NCBI GenBank assembly: GCA_963724135.1 | Contig: CAVRTA010000006.1 | Coordinates: 1,301,857 to 1,365,856 of the forward strand | DNA from: an uncultured Solirubrobacteraceae bacterium | Lineage (GTDB): Bacteria > Actinomycetota > Thermoleophilia > Solirubrobacterales > Solirubrobacteraceae | DNA: 64,000 nucleotides | Direction: 5' to 3' | Shown here: in pieces, positions 45,966-56,348 of the stretch | Position numbering within the stretch: the first letter of the stretch is position 1 | Layout of the letters: each line of letters begins with the position of its first letter | Notes under the pieces: generated by a model | Told to the model about the DNA's origin: nothing | Seen by the model: only the letters and a program-made list of their open reading frames with translations | The model's database searches: none | Position numbers and translations under genes: made by a program

Positions 45966-45994
45966 GAAGGAACCCCTTTCGCGGTTGTGTCTCA

Positions 45995-47018
45995 TCAGGT
46001 CGTTACGCGGGCCGTGGGTATGCGCTCCGCGACCTCTTGGTCGGTGAGCGGAAAGTGGCACGCGGCAAGGTTGCCGCCGTCCTTGGCGTCCAGCAGTGGT
46101 TCGTCGGTGTCGCACTTGCCGGCGACCGCCTTGGGGCAGCGCGTGTGGAACCGGCACGCCGGCGGCGGATTGGTCGGCGACGGGACGTCCCCGCCGAGGA
46201 TCTGGCGTTTCTTCTGGGCGGCCAGCCGCGGATCGGCGACCGGCACCGCCGACATCAGCGCGCCCGTGTACGGGTGGCGCGGGTGCGCGTAGAGCTGCTC
46301 GCTGGAGGCGAGCTCGGCGATCTTGCCCAGATACATGACCGCGATGCGGTCGCACATGTGGCGCACGACGGACAGGTCGTGGGCGATGAAGACGAGCGTG
46401 AGCCCGAACTCGGTCTGCAGGTCGCGCAGCAGGTTGAGGATCTGCGCCTGGATCGAGACGTCGAGCGCCGAGACCGGTTCGTCGGCGATGATCACCTTGG
46501 GCTTGAGGGCGAGAGCGCGCGCGACGCCGATGCGCTGCCGCTGGCCGCCGGAGAACTCGTGCGGGTAGCGGTTGAAGTGCTCCGGGTTGAGCCCGACGAT
46601 GTCCATGATCTCCTGCACGGCTTTCTTGCGGGCGCCGGACTCCCTGTGCATCCGGTGGATGACGTACGGCTCGCCGATGATCGTCCCGACCGTCTTGCGC
46701 GGGTTCAGCGAGGAGTACGGATCCTGGAAGATCATCTGCATCTCGCGCCGCTGCGCCTTGAGCGCAGCGCCCTTCGCGTCCGCGATTTCGCGGCCCTCGA
46801 AGGTGATCGACCCGCTCGTGGGCTCCATCAGGCGCATCAGCAGCCGCGCGGTCGTCGACTTCCCGCAGCCCGACTCGCCGACGATGCCGAGGGTCTCGCC
46901 CCTGACGATGTCGAGGTCGATGCCGTCGACCGCCTGCACGGCGCCGGCGCTGCGCGTGAGGATCACGCCGCTCGTGACCGGGAAGTGCTTGACGAGGTTG
47001 CGGACCTCGATCAGGTTC

Positions 47019-47026
<8 letters not shown>
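45995..47026 (-). CDS. oligopeptide/dipeptide ABC transporter ATP-binding protein (OppF/DppF-like)
   Basis: ATG 47026 ([11 protein letters not shown]). [35 protein letters not shown] and the C-terminal oligopeptide-type Cys motif are present. Confidence 0.9.
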
Positions 47027-48140
<1,114 letters not shown>

Positions 48141-48171
48141 CAGTGGTTCGCTCCGATCGCGGAGGGGGCCA

Positions 48172-49131
48172 CTAGTACCGAACCCTCGGGTCGAGGAAGG
48201 CGTAGGCGATGTCGACGACCAGGTTGAACAGGATGATCGCCGTGGCGCCGATCAGCACGGTGCCCTGGACGATGGGGATGTCCGCCTTCTGGATCGCGTC
48301 GAAGGCGGTGCGGCCGATGCCCGGGATGTTGAAGACGGTCTCGGTCAGGATCGCGCCGCCGAACAGGATGCCGAGATCGAGGCCGAAGATCGTGACGATC
48401 GGCGTGACCGCCGAGCGCACGCCATGGCGGAAGATCACGCGCCGTTCCTTGAGTCCCTTGGCGCGCGCGGTGCGGATGTAGTCCTCGTCGAGGACGTCGA
48501 CGAGGTTCGAGCGCATGAAGCGCGCGTAGACCGCTGCGAACGCCGTGGCCAGGACCATCCAGGGCAGGATCAGCGAGCTGAACCACTGCCGGGGATCGGT
48601 CCACGGGTCGACGTAGTTGCCGGTCGTGTCGAAGATCTCGACGACGCCGATGTCCTGCGAGAAGAGGTACGTGGTGACGAGGCCGAGCCAGTAGACGGGG
48701 GCGGAGATCGCGATCAGCGCCCCGCCCATCATCAGGCGCTCGATGATCGTCCCGCGCTTGACGGCGGAGAGGATCCCGATCGGGATGCCGACGCACAGCC
48801 ACACGACCGCACCGCCGACCGCGAGCGACATCGTCGCCGGCATGCGGCTGAAGATCTCCTCGCGCACCTCGACGTTGTTCTGGTAGCTGTGGCCGAAGTC
48901 GAAGTGGAAGACGAGCGCCTCGAAGTACTTGAGCATCTGCACGTACCAGGGCTTGTCCAGGCCGTACTGCTCGTTGAGCTCGCGGACGAGGTCCGGGTCG
49001 GGGTTGCGGCCGGCGCGCAGCAGCGCCGGGTCGGCCGAGGGGAGCGTGTAGAAGATGAAGAAGACCAGCGCCGAGACGATGAACAGCAGCAGCAGCGACC
49101 AGCCGAGGCGGCGGATGATGTAGGTGAGCAT
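48172..49131 (-). CDS. ABC transporter permease (OppB/DppB-like)
   Basis: 319 aa polytopic protein with the EAA-type loop DEDYIRTARAKGL. Confidence 0.9.
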   Translation of the reverse strand: MLTYIIRRLGWSLLLLFIVSALVFFIFYTLPSADPALLRAGRNPDPDLVRELNEQYGLDKPWYVQMLKYFEALVFHFDFGHSYQNNVEVREEIFSRMPATMSLAVGGAVVWLCVGIPIGILSAVKRGTIIERLMMGGALIAISAPVYWLGLVTTYLFSQDIGVVEIFDTTGNYVDPWTDPRQWFSSLILPWMVLATAFAAVYARFMRSNLVDVLDEDYIRTARAKGLKERRVIFRHGVRSAVTPIVTIFGLDLGILFGGAILTETVFNIPGIGRTAFDAIQKADIPIVQGTVLIGATAIILFNLVVDIAYAFLDPRVRY

Positions 49132-49163
49132 CGTGGCGGTGGTCTTCGGCCTGGAAGAACGCG

Positions 49164-49192
49164 GGGCGCCCCGCCGCTGCGGCGGGGCGCCC
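49164..49192 (-). terminator. intercistronic 14-bp GC hairpin GGGCGCCCCGCCGC-T-GCGGCGGGGCGCCC
   Basis: Seen directly, between the binding-protein 3 stop (49201) and the permease start (49131). Confidence 0.3.
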
Positions 49193-49200
49193 GTGCGTCG

Positions 49201-51024
49201 TTACTTGAGGGACGAGAAGGACAGGTCCCAGCTGGTTGAGTAGGAGCTCATGACGCCGTTGACGTCCGGCGACTGGAGCTGATACGAGGTGTCCCAGATG
49301 TACGGGATCCCCGGGGCCTGCTCGACGATCATCTTGTTGACGTCGGCCCAGGCCTGATGGCGCTCCGAACCCTGGAGCAACGCGGCCTCCGCCATCGCCT
49401 CGTTGATCTCGGGCACGTCGAGCTGCGTCCAGTTGACGTTGCCGGCGGGCTTGATCGCCTTGCCGTCGAACGTCGGCTCGAGCATGGACTCCGCGTCGGT
49501 GAAGTCCTTGAACCAGCCGACCGTCGGGCAGACGTTGGGCTGGTTCTTCGGCACGCCGCAGAACTTCGTGTACATCGTGTCGCGCGGGACCTTGGTCAGG
49601 CGGACCTCGAAGCCGAGCTTCTCGAGCTCGTTCTGAGCCACCTGCGAGGTCTGCTGACCCGGGTCGACGTTGTCGCCGACCATCGTGATCTCGGTGCCGT
49701 CGACGAGCCCCTCGCCGTTGAGCTCGACGGCTCCGTCGTCGGCCGCGGCCTTCAGGTACTTCTTGGCCAGTTCGAGATCGCCCTCCGGCGTCTGCATCCA
49801 GTCGAACTCGGTGAACCCTTCCTCACCGCCCGACTCCTCGTGGCCCGGCAGGCCCGGCGGCAGCCAGTGCTGCGCGATCGGCCCGACCGCCTCGCCACCG
49901 CGCGTCAGGCGCAGCGCGTTGCGATCGGCCACCGCGATGGCAGCCCTGCGGACGTTGACGTTGTCGAACGGCGGCTTCGCCGAGTTGAACGCCACCCAGC
50001 GCCCGCCGCCCGACGGGACGGTGCCGAGCTGGTCCTCGAACTGCCGCAGCGCACGCGAGAGGATCGCCGGGGGCGGCTGGCCCGAATCGCAGCACATGAG
50101 CCCGGATCCCGACAGGGTGCGGCGGTTGGCCACCGTCGCGTCGTCGTTGCCCATCTGGATCGTGATCGAGTCCAGGAACGCCGGGCGGTAGTCGGTCTCC
50201 GCATCCCAGTTCGGGTTGCGCACCAGCTCCATGCGCTTGCCGATGTCCCACCCGGTCAGCTCGCCCGTCTCCGGATCGTTCTTGACCATGTAGGGCCCGG
50301 TGAAGGCGACGTACGTGTTGTACTCCGACGGAGCCTTCTTGTCGAACTTCGCCGCGTACTCCTCGGGCACCGGCATGGTGATCGGCATCACGAGCGCCGC
50401 CGCGACCCGCGGGGCGACCGCCTTGGTGAGCTTGATCACCAGCGTGTTGTCGTCCGGGGTCTCGAGGCCCGGGAACGGCTTGAGCTTGGCGATCTTGACC
50501 GGGGCCGCGGGTGCGCCCTCGATCTCGGCGAAGTAGGACGTCGCGTAACCGGAGGGGACGCTCGTCGTGAACGCACGCTCGATGGCGTACTTGACGTCCT
50601 TCGAGGTCACCTCGCGGTCGACCGGCGGCGCGTACTTGATCCCCGACTTGATCTTGACCGTGATCGTCTTGTTGTCCGCCGAGATCTCCGGCTCGCCGTC
50701 GGCGAGGTCGGGCAAGGGCTCGGTGGCGTTGTCCGGGCTGAAGGAATACAGGGAGCGGTTGGTCGCGTACTGGACCATGTAGCCGAACGTGTAGTAGCTC
50801 TGGCCCGGGTCCATGAAGTCCACGTCGCCGGAGCTGAGGAAGGTGACGGAGCCACCCTTCTCGCCCTCGCCGACCTCACCGCCGCCGGGTACCTGGCTGC
50901 CGGTCGTGGTGCCGGAGCTCGAGCCTTCGTCGTCGTCGCCGCCGCAACCGGCCACTACCACGGCCAGCACTGCGACCGCGAGCAAGAGCGGCGCGAACCG
51001 CCTGAGGATCTCCCTCATGCCCAT
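49201..51024 (-). CDS. ABC transporter substrate-binding lipoprotein, peptide/nickel family 5 (paralogue 3, more divergent)
   Basis: Lipobox VVAGC. It has the same architecture as paralogues 1 and 2 (..DPGQSYYTFGY.., ..VPSGY.., ..WDLSFSSLK). Confidence 0.9.
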   Translation of the reverse strand: MGMREILRRFAPLLLAVAVLAVVVAGCGGDDDEGSSSGTTTGSQVPGGGEVGEGEKGGSVTFLSSGDVDFMDPGQSYYTFGYMVQYATNRSLYSFSPDNATEPLPDLADGEPEISADNKTITVKIKSGIKYAPPVDREVTSKDVKYAIERAFTTSVPSGYATSYFAEIEGAPAAPVKIAKLKPFPGLETPDDNTLVIKLTKAVAPRVAAALVMPITMPVPEEYAAKFDKKAPSEYNTYVAFTGPYMVKNDPETGELTGWDIGKRMELVRNPNWDAETDYRPAFLDSITIQMGNDDATVANRRTLSGSGLMCCDSGQPPPAILSRALRQFEDQLGTVPSGGGRWVAFNSAKPPFDNVNVRRAAIAVADRNALRLTRGGEAVGPIAQHWLPPGLPGHEESGGEEGFTEFDWMQTPEGDLELAKKYLKAAADDGAVELNGEGLVDGTEITMVGDNVDPGQQTSQVAQNELEKLGFEVRLTKVPRDTMYTKFCGVPKNQPNVCPTVGWFKDFTDAESMLEPTFDGKAIKPAGNVNWTQLDVPEINEAMAEAALLQGSERHQAWADVNKMIVEQAPGIPYIWDTSYQLQSPDVNGVMSSYSTSWDLSFSSLK

Positions 51025-51100
51025 CCTTTCGTTGCTTGGGGTGCCGAGGCCCCGCGCCTGCAGACATGCAGGCCGAGGCGGGCCCCCGTTGGTTTTCCAG

Positions 51101-52102
51101 TCACTTCTTGGCCCTCGGGTTGAGGGCGTCCTGCAGGCCGTCCCCGATCAGGTTGAACGCGAGCACCGTGAGGAGCAGCGCGAGGCCGGGGAAGAGCATG
51201 AACCACCAGGCGATGTCGAAGATGCTGGTGGCTTCCGAGATCATCGCGCCCCACGAGGGCTCGGGCGGCTGGACGCCGACACCGAGGAACGAGAGCGCGG
51301 CCTCGAAGAGGATGTTCGTCGGGATCAGGACCGTCGAGTAGACGATGATCGGCGCGACGAGGTTCGGGAGGATCTCCCGGAAGATGATGCGCATGTTGGA
51401 GGCGCCGAGCGATCTGGCCGCCTCGACGAACTCCTTCTCCCTGAGCGAGAGGGTCTGGCCGCGGATGATGCGCGCGATGTAGGGCCAGCCGGCGACGGCG
51501 ATGACCAGGATCACGACGGGCTTGCCGGGCTTGAGCAGGCCCCCGAAGCACCCGTCGCCGAGCGAGCACGCGGCACCGAGGCCGATCGCCAGCAGCAGGA
51601 CCGGGAAGGCGAGCTGGATGTCCATGATCCGCGACAGGATCGTGTCGACCCAGCCGCGGTAGTAGCCGGCGATCATGCCCAGCGTCGTGCCGACCACGAC
51701 GGCGAGGCCGGTGGCGATGAAGGCGACCTGGAGCGAGACGCGCGACCCGTAGATGGTGCGGCTGAACACGTCGCGGCCCAGCTGGTCGACGCCGAACGGG
51801 TGATCGGGTGCGAACGCCCCGCCGCCCTTCGCCTCCGACGGGAGCCCGAAGTCGTCGAGCGTGTCGCGGTCGGGGACGTTCGGCTTCGGGACGTCGAACA
51901 GCTTGATGATCAGCGGCGCGAAGATCGCGACCAGGATCAGGAAGACGATGAACACGAGCGCCGTCATCGCGACCTTGTCGCGGCGCAGACGGCGCCAGAA
52001 CAGATCGAGCGGGGAGCGGGCGGCGATCGCGGCGGCGGGCTCGTTGATGCCGGCGGGGCCTTCGTCTCCTCCGCGCAGCAGATCTACTGCGCCGGTGCTC
52101 AC
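51101..52102 (-). CDS. ABC transporter permease (OppC/DppC-like)
   Basis: 333 aa with the EAA-type loop EKEFVEAARSLGAS. Confidence 0.9.
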   Translation of the reverse strand: MSTGAVDLLRGGDEGPAGINEPAAAIAARSPLDLFWRRLRRDKVAMTALVFIVFLILVAIFAPLIIKLFDVPKPNVPDRDTLDDFGLPSEAKGGGAFAPDHPFGVDQLGRDVFSRTIYGSRVSLQVAFIATGLAVVVGTTLGMIAGYYRGWVDTILSRIMDIQLAFPVLLLAIGLGAACSLGDGCFGGLLKPGKPVVILVIAVAGWPYIARIIRGQTLSLREKEFVEAARSLGASNMRIIFREILPNLVAPIIVYSTVLIPTNILFEAALSFLGVGVQPPEPSWGAMISEATSIFDIAWWFMLFPGLALLLTVLAFNLIGDGLQDALNPRAKK

Positions 52103-52197
52103 GCGGGCGGGACCCGGTGCGGATGTGCTGCGGTTATGGGGACGTCCTCCTCAATAGGACAACACGGCGCCGACCGGGATCCTCCGGCCGTGCCGCG

Positions 52198-52242
52198 TTC
52201 ATGTTCTGCTTAAGCATGTCGGAACCTGCCATGTCATGTCAC
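52198..52242 (-). promoter_or_regulatory. A/T-enriched patch with four CATGT(C/T) direct repeats upstream of the ABC operon
   Basis: CATGT occurs at 52200, 52215, 52230 and 52235 (spacings 15, 15 and 5 nt), together with the palindrome GCTTAAGC (52209-52216). The patch lies between tRNA-Arg and the permease gene start (52102). Function unknown. Confidence 0.25.
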
Positions 52243-52291
52243 GCGGTCGGAGAGAGCGCGGCGCGCTGGCCGGTACGTCAACGGCTGCCAA

Positions 52292-52364
52292 CGCCCCGGG
52301 GAGGACTTGAACCTCCGACCTACCGCTTAGGAGGCGGTCGCTCTATCCGCTGAGCTACCGGGGC
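52292..52364 (-). tRNA. tRNA-Arg (anticodon CCU)
   Basis: The reverse complement folds by hand into a 73-nt cloverleaf: GCCCCGG-TA-GCTC-AGCGGATA-GAGC-G-ACCGC-CTCCTAA-GCGGT-AGGTC-GGAGG-TTCAAGT-CCTCC-CCGGGGC-G. No CCA is encoded. Confidence 0.9.
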
Positions 52365-54679
52365 CCGCGCTTCACAAAAGGGTCCGTCCCTTTTGTGAAG
52401 CTAGGGAGCGTAGGCGGAAGCGCGTAGTAGGCGCGCACGCGGCCACCCCAGCCGAGCCCCACCGCGAGCTCGCGGCGGAAGGCTGCACGTTGCTCCGGGC
52501 TCGGTGCCCCGGCGCCCGGCCCGTAGCGCGAGGCGCGCAGCGCCTGCAGGTACCCCGTGGCGGCGGTGCCGAGGCGGCGGTCGAGCTCGGTCAGCGTCGT
52601 GCCCGCGGGCGCGGCGCGGCCTGACCGGCGCAGGGCCCGCTCGAGCTCGGCCAGCGCGGCCTCGGGCCGGGACAGCGCGGCGCGCCGGCGGGCGGCGAGC
52701 AGCGCGGCGCCCGTGAGCGCCGCCGCGAGCAGCGCGCCCGCGCCCAGCCACGGCCACGGCGTGCCCGCACCACCGCCGGCGCCGCCGGCCGGCTGGGGCA
52801 GGCCGCTGGTGCCGCTCGTTCCGTCGCCCTGCCGGGGGTTCTGCTCGAGCGGCGATCCTCCGCCGACCGCCGTCTCGTCGCCGGGCTCGGGCGGGTTGAT
52901 CGCGGAGATCTGGCTGCGGGCGGGCGTGGCGGGCGGCGTCGGGTCGAAGGTCGCCCAGCCGATCCCGTCGAACCACGCCTCGACCCAGGAGTGGGCGTCC
53001 GTGTCGCGCACGACCCACTCGCCGGTGGACGCGCGCTGCCCGCCCGGCGAGAACCCCGTGACCACGCGCGCTGGGATCCCGCCCATCCGCAGCAGCAGCG
53101 CCATCGCGCCCGCGAAGTGCTGGCAGTAGCCGCGCTTGGAGTCGAACAGGAACGACTCGAGCGGGGCCACGCCGGGGTCCGGCCTGCTCGGGACCTCGGT
53201 GTAGGCGAAGTCGTCCGAGCGCAGCAGGCCGTTGACGCGCAGCAGGTAGTCGTAGGGCGTATCGGACTGGCGGCGCAGGCGCGCCGCGAGCTGCCACGTG
53301 CGCCAGTAGTACGTGGCGCGCAGCGCCTTGAAGCCGGAGCCGGTGAGACCGAGCTGGCGGTACTCGGCGCGCGGCGGCTGGCCGCTGTCGTAGTCGTCGA
53401 AGACCACGCTGACCTCGTCGGGATGAAGCTCGACTCCGGTCTGGGCCTGCGGTATGGAGGGGGTGGAGCCGGCGGCCTCGGGCCGGATGGCGAGCCCCAG
53501 GCGCAGCGAGGGGGCGCGGCTCGGGTCGCGGCCTACCGTCGCCGCGGCGAGCTGCGCCTGGGACGGCCGCGGAACGTGGGCGCGCACGCGGTAGGAGTCG
53601 CCCTTGTCGAGGTTTTCGTCGCTCGCCTCCCACAGCCCGGGCGTGAGCCCGTGCCGGACGGGCTGCGTCGCGTCCTGCACGGCGAGGACCGTCCCGGCAC
53701 CCACGACGGTCGCGGTCCGCAGCCGGCGCAGCGCGACGGTGAACGTCGTGTCCCAGTCGCGGTGGCGGCGACCCTGCGGCATGTCGTCGCGCGGGTCCTC
53801 GCCGAGGTCGAACCTGACGGCGTTGGTCCAGCGGTCGTCCTCGAACGTGTTGAGGACCTCGGCCTTCCAGTAGTACGGCCGCTCCGAGTCGACCCGGAAG
53901 AGCTCCATGCCCTCGCGGGTCCAGTCGATCGGCCCGTAGTCGTGGTCCCAGCTGTAGGTGACGGGGACGCCGCCGGAGAGCTTGGCGCTGAAGGCCTTGT
54001 AGTCGAACCACGGCTCCTCGCGGTCGGCGGCGGCGCCGAGCGGGATCGCGGTGACCGCGACGAGCGCGGCGAGCGCGACGGCCCCGATGCCGGGACGGCG
54101 TCCGAGGCGCTCGAGCCACAGGAAGGCCGCGGTCAGGCCGGCGAGCGCGACGCCGAGCAGCGCCGGCCGCGCGTTGCCGAGCGAGATCACCGGCGAGGCG
54201 GCGAGCGTGAGCAGCAGCACGAGGGCGCCGATCCGCGTCCGGCTGCTGGTCGGCCAGGTGGCGAGCAGCGCCGCGATCCAGCAGATGCCGGCCCCCGAGA
54301 GCTGCACGGTCGTCAGCACCCACGGCTCCTTGCCCAGGTACGGGAGGCGCACGGTGTTGAGGGCCTCGGCCCCGCGGACGAGGCCGTCGCCGAGCTCGTC
54401 GAGGTGCTTGGGCTCGAGGTAGGTGAGATCGAGTCCGGAGGCGGCGGCCGCCAGCGCGGCGCCGATCAGCGCCGCCGCGCCGAGTGCCAGCGGGCGGCCC
54501 CTGGCGGCGATCACGAGCGCGCCGGTTGCGGTGCCCGCCGCCGCCCATGCGATCGCGCGCGCGCTGCTCGCCCCCTCGACGTAGCGGACCCACTGCAGCG
54601 AGCCCACCGCCGCCAGCAGCGCGTAGCCGGCCAGGCGCGCGAGCGGGACGGACACGAGCGCGGCGGGCCTTCGCTCCAT
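52355..54679 (-). CDS. transglutaminase-like membrane protein (TgpA-like)
   Basis: ATG 54679 (MERRPAALVS). The N-terminal domain is polytopic. The core is GYCQHFAGAMALLLR..DAHSWVEAW..FDPTP (Cys-His-Asp). The C-terminal tail ..[16 protein letters not shown] reads through the palindromic element, and the stop TAG is nt 8-10 of the tRNA. Confidence 0.8.
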   Translation of the reverse strand: MERRPAALVSVPLARLAGYALLAAVGSLQWVRYVEGASSARAIAWAAAGTATGALVIAARGRPLALGAAALIGAALAAAASGLDLTYLEPKHLDELGDGLVRGAEALNTVRLPYLGKEPWVLTTVQLSGAGICWIAALLATWPTSSRTRIGALVLLLTLAASPVISLGNARPALLGVALAGLTAAFLWLERLGRRPGIGAVALAALVAVTAIPLGAAADREEPWFDYKAFSAKLSGGVPVTYSWDHDYGPIDWTREGMELFRVDSERPYYWKAEVLNTFEDDRWTNAVRFDLGEDPRDDMPQGRRHRDWDTTFTVALRRLRTATVVGAGTVLAVQDATQPVRHGLTPGLWEASDENLDKGDSYRVRAHVPRPSQAQLAAATVGRDPSRAPSLRLGLAIRPEAAGSTPSIPQAQTGVELHPDEVSVVFDDYDSGQPPRAEYRQLGLTGSGFKALRATYYWRTWQLAARLRRQSDTPYDYLLRVNGLLRSDDFAYTEVPSRPDPGVAPLESFLFDSKRGYCQHFAGAMALLLRMGGIPARVVTGFSPGGQRASTGEWVVRDTDAHSWVEAWFDGIGWATFDPTPPATPARSQISAINPPEPGDETAVGGGSPLEQNPRQGDGTSGTSGLPQPAGGAGGGAGTPWPWLGAGALLAAALTGAALLAARRRAALSRPEAALAELERALRRSGRAAPAGTTLTELDRRLGTAATGYLQALRASRYGPGAGAPSPEQRAAFRRELAVGLGWGGRVRAYYALPPTLPSFTKGTDPFVKRGPR
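52368..52401. repeat. palindromic element copy F (34 bp identical to 28764-28797)
   Basis: CGCTTCACAAAAGGGTCCGTCCCTTTTGTGAAGC. It lies 3 nt from the tRNA 5' end and inside the last codons of the transglutaminase-like CDS. Confidence 0.85.
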
Positions 54680-54684
54680 GGGAT

Positions 54685-55488
54685 CTAGTCTGCCGCCCGG
54701 GAGGCGAGGGTGACGACGATCGCCGGCGCGATCACGAGGCCGGCGAGCACGCCGATCAAGCTCCACTTCATCGCCACCCCGAGCGCGAGCGCGTTGTTGA
54801 AGGCGTGCACGCCCATGCCGGGCACGAGCGAGTCAGTGCGCCGGTAGAGCACGCACAGCAGCGCGCCGAGGACGGCCAGCGGGACGAGGAAGATCGCCGG
54901 GGTGCCGCCGGCGTGGATCGCGCCGAAGACCAAGCCGGTGACGACGGCCGCCACGCCCCAGTGCATGATGCGGCCGAGCGCGCCGAAGAGAAAGCCGCGG
55001 AAGAACAGCTCCTCGACCATCGGCGCGACGATCGCGACGAGGAAGGCCACCGCCACCAGCGCCATGGTCGAGTCCTTCGCGCCGAGGTCCTGCGCGAGGT
55101 CGTCCCTGGCCTCGGGCTGGATCTGCGACCACGCCAGCAGGAACACGTAGAAGACGACGAACACGATCACCGCGGGCTTGAGCACGGCGCGCAGCCTCAC
55201 CCGGCGCACGCCGAACGCATGCGGGGTAGTGGGCGCGCCGCTGAGCCTCGCGAACCCGATCATCGCTGCGATCAGCAGTGCGTCCTGGATGAACGTGCCC
55301 GCGAGGAGCACGCCGGGCGGGAGGTCGCCGCCGTCGAGATTGCCGGTCGCGCCCGCGACGATGCTGGTCAGCACGAGGGCGCCGACCAGCGCGCAGAACA
55401 GAGCCGCGAACGGCGCCCACCACTCGAAGCCCTCGCTCAGATGCCCTCCGGGCACGGGCGGGGCCGTCTCGGGGGGCGGCACGCTCAT
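54685..55488 (-). CDS. CPBP-family intramembrane glutamic endopeptidase (CAAX protease-like)
   Basis: ATG 55488 (MSVPPPE) follows GGAGAG. EELFFRGFLF, FGAIHAG and HAFNNA are present. Confidence 0.8.
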   Translation of the reverse strand: MSVPPPETAPPVPGGHLSEGFEWWAPFAALFCALVGALVLTSIVAGATGNLDGGDLPPGVLLAGTFIQDALLIAAMIGFARLSGAPTTPHAFGVRRVRLRAVLKPAVIVFVVFYVFLLAWSQIQPEARDDLAQDLGAKDSTMALVAVAFLVAIVAPMVEELFFRGFLFGALGRIMHWGVAAVVTGLVFGAIHAGGTPAIFLVPLAVLGALLCVLYRRTDSLVPGMGVHAFNNALALGVAMKWSLIGVLAGLVIAPAIVVTLASRAAD

Positions 55489-55598
55489 CGGCTCTCCAAG
55501 GTAGTTGCGCACGATGCTCCGCGCGGACGCCTCGGCTGTCGAGGCCGTAGCCGAAGACGATGGCGAGGGGAGGTGAGGCACCGGCGACCGGAACGGGT

Positions 55599-55709
55599 CC
55601 AACCGCGCCGGATTACCACCGGTCGATACGAGCCGCGCCAGATTCCCCCCGGAAGACGGGGATTATCCGACGCGGTTCGGGCTGACCGGTGGTAATCCAG
55701 CGCGGTTGG
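55599..55709. repeat. 111-bp element with 26-bp terminal inverted repeats (MITE-like, or a long structured RNA)
   Basis: CCAACCGCGCCGGATTACCACCGGTC (55599-55624) pairs with GACCGGTGGTAATCCAGCGCGGTTGG (55684-55709) at 25 of 26 positions. The interior contains further pairings (CGAGCCGCG/CGCGGTTCG and CCCC/GGGG). It is intergenic, between the HAD stop and the CPBP start. Confidence 0.7.
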
Positions 55710-55775
55710 CGCCCGCAGGACGGCGGCGCTCCCCCCCTCCCCCTCATCGACATGCGGCCGGACTGTCGCGGCGGC

Positions 55776-56348
55776 TCAGAGCACCACGTGGTCGAGGGTG
55801 AAATGCGGCCGGCGCAGGAGGACCGACCCGATTCCGGCGGCGCGCGCCGCCACCTCGTCCTCCAGCGAGTCGCCGATCAAGAGCGCGTCACGGGTGCCCG
55901 CGAGGCGCAGCGCCTCCTCCACGATCGCCGGGTCGGGCTTCTCCGCCCCGACCCCCGCCGAGGTGACGATGCCGTCGAAGTGCAGGTCGAGGCCGGCCAG
56001 GGTGCCGGGCAGCGACTCGTCCCAGTTCGACACGACGACCAGCCGGAGCCCGCGCGCCCGCCAGCACTCGAGTGCGGAGCGCACGTCGGGGTAGGGCTCG
56101 AACACGAGCGCCGCCAGCAGCTGCTCCACGGACACCGGCCGCCCCAGCGATGCGGCCACGACCTGCGCGCACTCCCTGCGCAGTTCGTCCAGGGCGAGCG
56201 ACGACATGTGCTCGCGGTAGAAGGCGATCTCGGCCCGCATCGCGCGGCGAGCGTCAGCCAGCGGCACCCCCACGAGACGGGCAAGTCGCGGCGCCGGGGG
56301 CTCGAGGCGCAGCAGGGTCCCGAGGCAGTCCAGCAGAATGGCCTTCAT
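55776..56348 (-). CDS. HAD-superfamily hydrolase
   Basis: ATG 56348 gives [12 protein letters not shown] (DxxGT motif I). VVSNWD and IGDSLEDEV are present. Confidence 0.75.
   Translation of the reverse strand: MKAILLDCLGTLLRLEPPAPRLARLVGVPLADARRAMRAEIAFYREHMSSLALDELRRECAQVVAASLGRPVSVEQLLAALVFEPYPDVRSALECWRARGLRLVVVSNWDESLPGTLAGLDLHFDGIVTSAGVGAEKPDPAIVEEALRLAGTRDALLIGDSLEDEVAARAAGIGSVLLRRPHFTLDHVVL

Noticed and set aside
52134-52232. A 32-aa upstream ORF (MAGSDMLKQNMNAARPEDPGRRRVVLLRRTSP) in the leader of the ABC operon.
   Set aside because: It has no Shine-Dalgarno sequence, atypical codon usage and no supporting evidence. The region is reported only as a possible regulatory patch.
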